Source: Hadesarchaea archaeon
Lineage (GTDB): Archaea; Hadarchaeota; Hadarchaeia; Hadarchaeales; WYZ-LMO6
Assembly: GCA_029259185.1 (NCBI GenBank)
Contig: JAPDJF010000003.1
Location: 40,022 to 104,021, forward strand
Direction: 5' to 3'
Length of the DNA stretch: 64,000 nt
Positions within the stretch are counted from its first letter, which is position 1. Each line of letters begins with the position of its first letter. Below the pieces are notes generated by a model that was given only the letters and a program-made list of their open reading frames with translations, ran no database searches and was not told where the DNA came from. A program made the position numbers and the translations under genes. This document shows, in pieces, positions 56,987-64,000 of this stretch.

Positions 56987-58330
56987 ATGGGAAGATTTGA
57001 TGTGGTGATCGTGGGGGGAAGTTCCAGCGGCTTGGCCGCTGCCTTGACCGCTCGAGCCCATTATCCAAATAAAGAAATCTTGGTCGTAAGAAAGGAGGAA
57101 CGAGCGCTCGTCCCCTGTGGCATACCGTACATCTTCGGAACCTTGGGATCTTTCTCGAAGAATCTCATCGCAGACCAGGTTCTCTCTAAGCAAAACATTC
57201 AACTCAAAGTGTCTGAAGTTAAATCCCTAGACCGGGCTGAAAAGAAGATCCTCACCTCCGACGGGGAGACGGTTGGGTATGACAAGCTCATCTTGGCTAC
57301 AGGGTCTGTGCCTTACTCACCACCCGTTCAAGGGTCCGAGAAGAAAAACATATTCCTGATCAGAAAAGAGATTCCGTATCTTCAAGGGTTGATGAGTACG
57401 ATCGATCGGATCCAGGATTTGGTGATAGTCGGAGGAGGATTCATAGGGATAGAGTTCGCGAGCGAGTGTAGGAAAAAGAGGGGGCTAAACGTTTCGCTCG
57501 TTGAGGTGCTCCCCCACTGCTTGATGGGGAGCGGGCTCGACGAGGAGTTCTGTGTGGAGGTCGAGCGAGCACTTTCAGAAATCGGGGTCAGGATATTCAC
57601 GGGGAGAGGAGTCGAATCCTTCGAGGGGAAAACAGGAGTTGAAAAAGTAAAACTCACCGACGGTAAGGAGCTCAGGACAGATGCAGTTCTCATAGCCGTT
57701 GGTCTTAAACCGGAGGTAAGGCTCGCTGAAAAGGCAGGTCTCGAGTTGGGGCGGACCGGTGGGATAAAGGTAGACAGGTACATGAGGACTTCAGATCCCA
57801 ACATCTTCGCGTGTGGGGATTGTGTTGAAAAGAGTTCTTTCTTCACGGGTAAGCCCGTAAAGCTCATGCTGGCATCCGTTGGGGCTCTCGAGGCTAGGAT
57901 CGCCGGGGCCAACCTGTTTGAGATCAAGCGAGAAAACCCTGGTGAAATAGGAGTTTTCTCCACCACGGTGAACGAGATTGTTTTTGCGTCAGCAGGACTA
58001 TCGGAAAGGGCGGCTAGGGAAAGCGGATACAGAGCGGTGGTGGGTGAGGCCATCGCCTCGAGCAAGCATCCGAGGACCATGCCTAACGTGGCAGAAACGA
58101 AAATGAAGCTCATCTTCGACAGCTCCACGGGAACCATCTTGGGGGGCCAGTTCCGAGGGGGGATGGACACAGGGGAGCTCATAAACGTGGTGAGTGCATG
58201 CATTCTCAATCGGATGACCGCGAACGACATAGCTAGATTCCAGATGGGAACCCACCCCGCTCTGACTTCCTCCCCCGTGACCTATCCGCTTGTGAATGCC
58301 GCAGAGGATGCAATTAAAAAGATGGGGTAG
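56987..58330 (+). CDS. FAD-dependent pyridine nucleotide-disulfide oxidoreductase (CoA-disulfide reductase/NADH oxidase family)
   Basis: VIVGG, PCGIPY, LILATGS, IVGGGFIG, IFACGDC, HP.L. Confidence 0.88.
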   Translation: MGRFDVVIVGGSSSGLAAALTARAHYPNKEILVVRKEERALVPCGIPYIFGTLGSFSKNLIADQVLSKQNIQLKVSEVKSLDRAEKKILTSDGETVGYDKLILATGSVPYSPPVQGSEKKNIFLIRKEIPYLQGLMSTIDRIQDLVIVGGGFIGIEFASECRKKRGLNVSLVEVLPHCLMGSGLDEEFCVEVERALSEIGVRIFTGRGVESFEGKTGVEKVKLTDGKELRTDAVLIAVGLKPEVRLAEKAGLELGRTGGIKVDRYMRTSDPNIFACGDCVEKSSFFTGKPVKLMLASVGALEARIAGANLFEIKRENPGEIGVFSTTVNEIVFASAGLSERAARESGYRAVVGEAIASSKHPRTMPNVAETKMKLIFDSSTGTILGGQFRGGMDTGELINVVSACILNRMTANDIARFQMGTHPALTSSPVTYPLVNAAEDAIKKMG

Positions 58331-58355
58331 GAGCGTATATTTCTATGGGTGATGA

Positions 58356-59090
58356 GTGAATATGGGTATGCTGAAGGTGAGGGGACTTAGGGTAGTGGTC
58401 GACGGGAGATCCGTGCTTCGAGGTGTGGACATAGAGATACCGGAGGGGGAAATTCACGCCCTGCTTGGTCCCAACGCTTCTGGCAAAACATCTCTAGCTC
58501 AGACCCTGCTCGGATTTCCCAACTTCAAGGTCGTCTCTGGTAGCATCTCCTTCAAAGGAAAAGACATCACGCGGGTACCCCTAGACGAAAGGGTGAGAAT
58601 GGGGCTCGCGATAGCTTTTCAAAATCCCCCCGTGGTGAGGGGGGTGAAACTCCGTGATGTTCTCAAGTTGATAGGTAAGAAAACCGAAAGGGACAAGCTG
58701 GCTCAGCTCATTTCAGAAATGCGTATCAGCGGGGAATTGCTGAACAGAGACTTGAACTACGGCTTTTCGGGAGGAGAGAAAAAGAAGTGTGAGATATTGC
58801 AAGTGCTCGCCTTGAACCCTGATTTCGTTATTCTGGATGAACCTGATTCGGGTGTGGATGTGGAGAACTTAGAGATTCTAGGAAAAGAACTGTCTACCGC
58901 GTTAGAAGGAAAATCGGGACTCGTGATAACCCACACCTCCCACATTTTGAAGTATCTGAAACCCCAGCGAGCTCACGTGATGATAGACGGCAAGGTAGCG
59001 TGCCATGGGGATCCGGAGAAAGTCATCGAGACGGTTTCTTCTAAAGGCTATGAGTGGTGCAAACGATGCCCATCCGTGATGAGCGACTGA
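58356..59090 (+). CDS. sufC: Fe-S cluster assembly ATPase SufC
   Basis: GPNASGKT, GFSGGEKK, LDEPDSGVD. Confidence 0.9.
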   Translation: MNMGMLKVRGLRVVVDGRSVLRGVDIEIPEGEIHALLGPNASGKTSLAQTLLGFPNFKVVSGSISFKGKDITRVPLDERVRMGLAIAFQNPPVVRGVKLRDVLKLIGKKTERDKLAQLISEMRISGELLNRDLNYGFSGGEKKKCEILQVLALNPDFVILDEPDSGVDVENLEILGKELSTALEGKSGLVITHTSHILKYLKPQRAHVMIDGKVACHGDPEKVIETVSSKGYEWCKRCPSVMSD

Positions 59091-60283
59091 GGGAAGCCCT
59101 GAGGAAGCCATCTCCCTACGGGCCGGACTTAGACATTTCCTCTTACTCCCAAAACTCGGGAAAATTGAGGGCGGGTGTTAGATCACTGGGTAGCTTGGGG
59201 AGGGAGTTTTCTTCGGTGGGGATCGAAGCCGACGAGGGGGGGAGGGCCGGCACCTACCTCCAAGCAGATCACTCAGCTATCTACAAGAGCGTACAAAAGG
59301 TTTACGAGGACAGTTTGGAGATCATGAGTATCGAGGAAGCCATGAAAGAACATGATTGGGTGGCTGAGTATTCCTGGAAGCTCGTGGATCCTTGGGCCGA
59401 TAAATATACCGCTTTCACAGCGATGAAGGGGAAGGGGGGATACTTCATTCGGGTATTCGGGGGGAAAGAAGTTTCACTCCCCATTCAGTCATGTCTTTAT
59501 CTCCGCACCACAAACCTTCTCCAAGCGGTTCATAACATAATAATCATGGAGAGGGACTCCACCGCCCAGCTGATAACCGGTTGTCTGACCCACCCCCGAA
59601 CCGGGAGAGCTCTGCACATAGGTGTTTCAGAGTTCTATTTAAAGAGGGGGGCAAGACTAACTTTCACAATGGTTCACAACTGGGGGCCCAAAGTAGATGT
59701 GAGGCCGAGAACGGGGATCCTCCTAGAAGATGGTGGGACCTATGTGAGCAACTACGTCTGCCTGGGTCTGGTGAATTCACTCCAAATGTATCCGAAGGCA
59801 GAGATCGTAGGAAACCGATCAACGGCCGCTATGAACTCGATCATCTACGGTAAAGGACACTCCTACTTCGACGTAGGTGGGCAAGTGGTTGTGAGGGGGA
59901 ATTCAAATGTTGCCGAGATAATCGGGAGAACGGTGACAACAGGGTCCTCCAGAGCCGTCATGAGGGCTAGGCTCATGAGCGGGGGTGAAGGGAACAAGGG
60001 ACACATCGAGTGCAGAGGTTTGATGTTATCACCCCAATCGGAGATAACAGCTGTTCCCGAACTCGTGTCCAAGAGCTCGACTTCTGAACTCACCCATGAG
60101 GCTGCTATCGGTAGACTTAACGAAGAGCAGGTACTCTATTTGATGTCTAGAGGGCTCAAGCGGGAAGATGCAGAGTCCCTTCTCATCAAGGGTTTTCTAG
60201 ACGTCAGCATGATGAAGCTTCCAGGATATCTTCAAGACCAGATAGAGAAGATAATACACCTCGCGATGACGAGTGGATTGTGA
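59054..60283 (+). CDS. sufB: SufB/SufD family Fe-S scaffold (archaeal SmsB type)
   Basis: IITGC-like LITGC, GHIECRGL, LTHEAAIG, YLMSRGL. Confidence 0.88.
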   Translation: MVQTMPIRDERLREALRKPSPYGPDLDISSYSQNSGKLRAGVRSLGSLGREFSSVGIEADEGGRAGTYLQADHSAIYKSVQKVYEDSLEIMSIEEAMKEHDWVAEYSWKLVDPWADKYTAFTAMKGKGGYFIRVFGGKEVSLPIQSCLYLRTTNLLQAVHNIIIMERDSTAQLITGCLTHPRTGRALHIGVSEFYLKRGARLTFTMVHNWGPKVDVRPRTGILLEDGGTYVSNYVCLGLVNSLQMYPKAEIVGNRSTAAMNSIIYGKGHSYFDVGGQVVVRGNSNVAEIIGRTVTTGSSRAVMRARLMSGGEGNKGHIECRGLMLSPQSEITAVPELVSKSSTSELTHEAAIGRLNEEQVLYLMSRGLKREDAESLLIKGFLDVSMMKLPGYLQDQIEKIIHLAMTSGL

Positions 60284-60359
60284 TCGGCCGACAACTCTTT
60301 TTCTCAAGCAGGTGGCACCCGATAGATTTAAATCATACTTCCAGACTCTTTGATTTTTA

Positions 60360-61136
60360 GTGACAACGAATGCTAGGAGGGAAAAGAAGTTGAGAATCGT
60401 TCACATCTCAGACCTCCACTGTGGGGAAAGTCAAAGCGGACTCCAATTGCTTGAGACAGCAATAGGGGAGATAAATGAGGCGAAGCCAGACATAGTGGTA
60501 GTTACGGGAGATCTCACTTGCAATGGCTTTTTAGAGGAATACCGGTTGGCAAAAGAGTATCTGAGCAAGCTTGAGTGCAAGCATATCCTCGTTGGTGGAG
60601 GAAACCATGACTTCAGGTTTACGGGTTTTCTGCTGTTGAATAAATTTTTTCCCAGACCCGAGGTCTTGGTGAGCGATGGGGTAGCGATCTGTTACATCTC
60701 GACCTCAAGGCCCGATCGAGATGATGGGGAAGTGGGACATCGCCAAGTACTTTGGATCAGGGAGATAATGAGGAGGCACAGAGATAAGTTCAAGATCGTA
60801 GCCATGCACCACCATCTCGTCCCGATTCCCGACACAGGAACCGCGCAGAATTTAGTATTGGATGCTGGCGATGTGCTTAGGGCACTCGTCGAGGGCGGCG
60901 TCAACTTAGTCCTTTGCGGGCACAAACACAGGCCATGGAGGACGAGGGTCGAGGACATGTGTATAATAAATGCCGGCAGCGTGTCCTCTAAGAAATTGCG
61001 GGGATTCTTTTCCAACTCATACAACGTCGTGGACGTGGATGACAACTCGTTCAAAGCGGAGCTGAAAGTGGTCGGGGGAAGGAGAATAGATTTTGAAGAG
61101 ATTCTAAGGGGGTTTGATGGGATTCCCACAAGCTAA
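60360..61136 (+). CDS. calcineurin-like metallophosphoesterase
   Basis: SDLH, TGDL, GNHD, HHH, GHKH. Confidence 0.9.
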   Translation: MTTNARREKKLRIVHISDLHCGESQSGLQLLETAIGEINEAKPDIVVVTGDLTCNGFLEEYRLAKEYLSKLECKHILVGGGNHDFRFTGFLLLNKFFPRPEVLVSDGVAICYISTSRPDRDDGEVGHRQVLWIREIMRRHRDKFKIVAMHHHLVPIPDTGTAQNLVLDAGDVLRALVEGGVNLVLCGHKHRPWRTRVEDMCIINAGSVSSKKLRGFFSNSYNVVDVDDNSFKAELKVVGGRRIDFEEILRGFDGIPTS

Positions 61137-61166
61137 CACCGAAGCAATCCAACTCATGCTTTTAGC

Positions 61167-61385
61167 GTGATTCGATTGTCTGGCTTCATGGTCGAAGTAA
61201 GAGAAGGGAAAAAAATAAGAAAAGTTATGGTTAAGTCAAGATCCACTATAAACGACATCCTCCGTGAGTTGGGGTACAACCGCGAAGAGGTGGTTGTAAG
61301 ATTAAACGGAAAGATAGTCGCGGAAGAAGAGGAACTCTCAAGAGGTGATTCGATCGAAGTCATCCGCATAGTCACGGGGGGCTGA
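61167..61385 (+). CDS. ubiquitin-like sulfur carrier (SAMP/ThiS/TtuB)
   Basis: VVRLNG..V, C-terminal TGG; directly upstream of ttuA. Confidence 0.88.
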   Translation: MIRLSGFMVEVREGKKIRKVMVKSRSTINDILRELGYNREEVVVRLNGKIVAEEEELSRGDSIEVIRIVTGG

Positions 61386-62317
61386 AAACGCGAAAGTGCA
61401 CACTCTGTGGTCGTCGTGCGGTGTATCACCGCAGGTACGCGGGGGTTTTTCTCTGTGATCGTTGTTTTGTTGAGAGCCTAGAGCGAAGGTTTAGAAGGAC
61501 CGTATTTGAGCACAAGATGATTTCCCCCGGGGAGCGTGTGGCCGTAGCGGTCTCTGGAGGAAAAGACAGCGTTACGCTGCTCCACCTCCTAGCGGAGCTA
61601 GGTGAAATGAAAAAATTCGAGGTAGTTGCGATCTCGATCGACGAGGGAATAAGGGGATACAGGGATCGTTCGATAAGGGTGGCCAAAGAAAATACCAACT
61701 CGATCGGAATCGAACACGTAACGGGGGAGTTTGAACGATACTTCGGTGAGACGTTAGATGGGATGGTGAGATTGGCGAAACGCAAGAAAATGAGCCTCTA
61801 TCCGTGCACCTACTGTGGAGTGATGAGACGTTATCTCCTCAATAAGCTCGCTCGCGAGGTAGGTGCAACGAAGCTGGCCACGGCTCACAATCTGGATGAT
61901 GAAGTACAAGCGATAATGTTGAACTACATCAGGGGAGACCTCTCGCGACTTCAGCGGTTAGGTCCGGTCTACTTTTCAAGAGAGGGGTTTGTCCCACGTA
62001 TAAAGCCATTGAGGGAGATTCCGGAGAAAGAAGTTGCCGTTTACGCCTTGCTCAGGAAGTTTAAAGTTCACCTCGCGAAATGCCCCTATGCCACAGGGAT
62101 CCACACCGAGATCCGAGATTTTCTCAACGGGCTCGAAGCTAGGCATCCCAATTCCAAGTTCATGATCCTTCGAACATTCGATTCGGTAAAAGCTAGGTTA
62201 TCCCTCCACTCTGAAGAATTCGAAACCAGATCGTGTAAAATATGTGGAGAGCCAACTTCATCGGATGTGTGTAAAAGCTGTAAACTCCTAGGAGAACTCG
62301 GCTTGCTGAGACCTTAG
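61382..62317 (+). CDS. ttuA: tRNA 2-thiouridine synthetase TtuA/NcsA
   Basis: N-terminal CTLC..LCDRCF, SGGKDS, CTYCG..RR, HNLDD, CPY, C-terminal CKICG..CKSC; Zn finger begins upstream of GTG 61421. Confidence 0.88.
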   Translation: MKTRKCTLCGRRAVYHRRYAGVFLCDRCFVESLERRFRRTVFEHKMISPGERVAVAVSGGKDSVTLLHLLAELGEMKKFEVVAISIDEGIRGYRDRSIRVAKENTNSIGIEHVTGEFERYFGETLDGMVRLAKRKKMSLYPCTYCGVMRRYLLNKLAREVGATKLATAHNLDDEVQAIMLNYIRGDLSRLQRLGPVYFSREGFVPRIKPLREIPEKEVAVYALLRKFKVHLAKCPYATGIHTEIRDFLNGLEARHPNSKFMILRTFDSVKARLSLHSEEFETRSCKICGEPTSSDVCKSCKLLGELGLLRP

Positions 62318-63408
62318 GGATTCTCCCCAAGTTCCATTTCCAACTCAAGTATCCTTTCAAGCTTGCTTTTCGTTGCTGGCTTTCGGGGAGCGGCTTTACA
62401 ACCTCCAACATCAAGGGTAGCCACTTCAAAGGTTCCTATCTTCCTTGCTAGCCCCTCTATCTCCACTTTATCGAAACCAATGAGTGGGCGAAAGACTGGG
62501 AGTTCACAAGCCCCATCGAGAACCGAAAGGTTGTCTAAGGTTTGGGATGCTACTTGGCCCAAGTTCTCCCCCGTCACCAGACCCTTAGCACCCTCTTTGA
62601 CCGCTAGCTTTTCTGCCACCTTATACATCCTCCTCTTGCAAAGAATACACGTGTAACGCTCAAGCCCTTTTGGGGTCAAGAAGTTCTTCACCCTATTCAA
62701 AAAATTTCCATGTTTTTCCACTCGAAGCCTAAAACTGGGTTGATATTCAGCTAGAACCTCGGCCACCCGCTCAGCTCTCCTCCTAGCTTCCTCGTCCGCG
62801 AATGGAGAAATGTCGAAATAAATGGGGATCACCTCACATCCCCTTTTCATCATCATCCAGGTAGCCACGGGAGAGTCTATCCCGCCGGAGAAAAGTGACA
62901 CGACTTTTCCCTCCACACCGAGCGGAATCCCACCCGCTCCTCTGATCACCTCATCGAAGATATAACAATCATCATCTCGAATCTCTATAAAAACTTCCTT
63001 CGTCGGATGTTTCAAGTCCACCTTCGGTCCTTTGAACCTTTTCTGAATCAGCGCCCCTAGCTCCGCCGCTTTTTGTTGGGATGTAAAATCGTGTGTACCC
63101 TTTCTTCTAACCCTGACCGCGAAACTCTCCGTTTTGCTAAATCCTTTCCTCTCACAGAAATCGAGAACGTGTTTGCTCAATTCAGAGAGCGCACATCGCT
63201 CGCATTCAGAGAATGATACAATCCCAAATACTTTTTTCAACCGCTCTCTTGGGATTTCACCCTTTATCCATATTCTCCCGTTCGATTTCCATACCTTGCA
63301 TTCTTTATCCATATCCTTTAATTGACGGATGAGCGCGTCCTCCCATCGTCTCCGTACGGGTCTCGACTTCAAGGATATCTCTGAGTATCGAAGCATGTAC
63401 AGCGTCAT
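62314..63408 (-). CDS. thiI: tRNA 4-thiouridine synthase ThiI
   Basis: RYSEISLKS, THUMP domain, SGGIDSPVA, CILCKR, GQVASQT, RPLIG.DK. Confidence 0.92.
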   Translation of the reverse strand: MTLYMLRYSEISLKSRPVRRRWEDALIRQLKDMDKECKVWKSNGRIWIKGEIPRERLKKVFGIVSFSECERCALSELSKHVLDFCERKGFSKTESFAVRVRRKGTHDFTSQQKAAELGALIQKRFKGPKVDLKHPTKEVFIEIRDDDCYIFDEVIRGAGGIPLGVEGKVVSLFSGGIDSPVATWMMMKRGCEVIPIYFDISPFADEEARRRAERVAEVLAEYQPSFRLRVEKHGNFLNRVKNFLTPKGLERYTCILCKRRMYKVAEKLAVKEGAKGLVTGENLGQVASQTLDNLSVLDGACELPVFRPLIGFDKVEIEGLARKIGTFEVATLDVGGCKAAPRKPATKSKLERILELEMELGENP

Positions 63409-63496
63409 CAGTCTACCTTAGATCGTAGATTTCATGTGTTTTAGTTCTTGATGTGGGTTCGTGAATCGGATCCCTTCAGACACAAGTCTTCACGCA

Positions 63497-64000
63497 TTAC
63501 AGGACAAAATAGATCAAGGCCATCACGAACATAGTCGCGGACACATACGTCAAAAGCTCCACGGTGGCAAGCTTTGAAGCGAATTTCACTCCATAGATGG
63601 AAGCGAATATCGGCATGATATTGCGTGGAAAGTCCATGACAACAACGAAGAGGATAGTTCCAAGAAAGAGAGTGAGGAGAATCTCCTTCACCGTGAACAT
63701 CCCTTCCTTGAACATCTCTCCGGCAGTGACCATCCCAGCACTTGGGCTCACGAGTTGAGTAGTTATCACTATTATAGATTGGGTGGACATACCGGTGGAT
63801 GACAGTACAGGACCCATGTATTCTCCCAGCAGGTCAAACGCGCCGAAATCGATCAGTGCAATCAAAACCAATATAGTTACACCAAGTCTGAGAGCGATCT
63901 TCCTTAACAGTCTGAGGGTCTCAACAAACGATTTCTTTACGGCTTCCTTCTTGGAGGTCCTCACATCGGGAGGGGAAAAGCCCTCCTGAGGTCTCGTCCC
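63497..64000 (-). CDS. membrane protein (nucleoside recognition/gate domain-like), 5' end outside window
   Basis: Hydrophobic ORF open to the window edge. Confidence 0.55.
   Translation of the reverse strand, partial: GTRPQEGFSPPDVRTSKKEAVKKSFVETLRLLRKIALRLGVTILVLIALIDFGAFDLLGEYMGPVLSSTGMSTQSIIVITTQLVSPSAGMVTAGEMFKEGMFTVKEILLTLFLGTILFVVVMDFPRNIMPIFASIYGVKFASKLATVELLTYVSATMFVMALIYFVL

Noticed and set aside
57382-58230. Long antisense ORF of 282 aa and similar antisense ORFs
   Set aside because: Mirror frames of well-supported genes with no motifs of their own.

Overview
Archaeal genomic window with archaeal-type CODH/ACS, H4MPT enzymes and a BHB-intron tRNA. Gene content suggests an anaerobe such as Hadarchaeota or Bathyarchaeia, but this is an inference. 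From left to right: asd; an initiator tRNA-Met(CAT) split by three introns, whose 5' flank duplicates the acceptor strand; a Ca/Na antiporter; a complete trpEGDCFBA operon behind four phased TRP-box-like sites; a cluster of uncharacterised membrane/secreted proteins (DUF6114/DUF6230-like); assorted enzymes. A ~34 kb Wood-Ljungdahl super-cluster follows: cooC x2, nikR, corrinoid protein, DUF166, ASKHA activator, mvhD-fdhAB, cdhABCDE, a MetF-like protein, mobA, fwdDBA-ftr-fwdC-mch-mptN-mfnA, mtd, an RFAP-synthase-family gene and an FrhB/FpoF-like gene. The window ends with metabolite-repair and sulfur-relay genes (DUF89, NnrE-DUF523 fusion, sufC/sufB, SAMP, ttuA, thiI). At least ten IS200/IS605 (TnpB) derivatives are scattered through it. 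Five are protein-free elements that retain an omegaRNA-like scaffold, one of them nested in another element's tnpB. One element carries a small RHH-like ORF, and two are inserted exactly at host start codons, where they supply a new SD. IS607 and IS6-like pseudogenes are also present. All family calls come from motif recognition by eye, not database searches.
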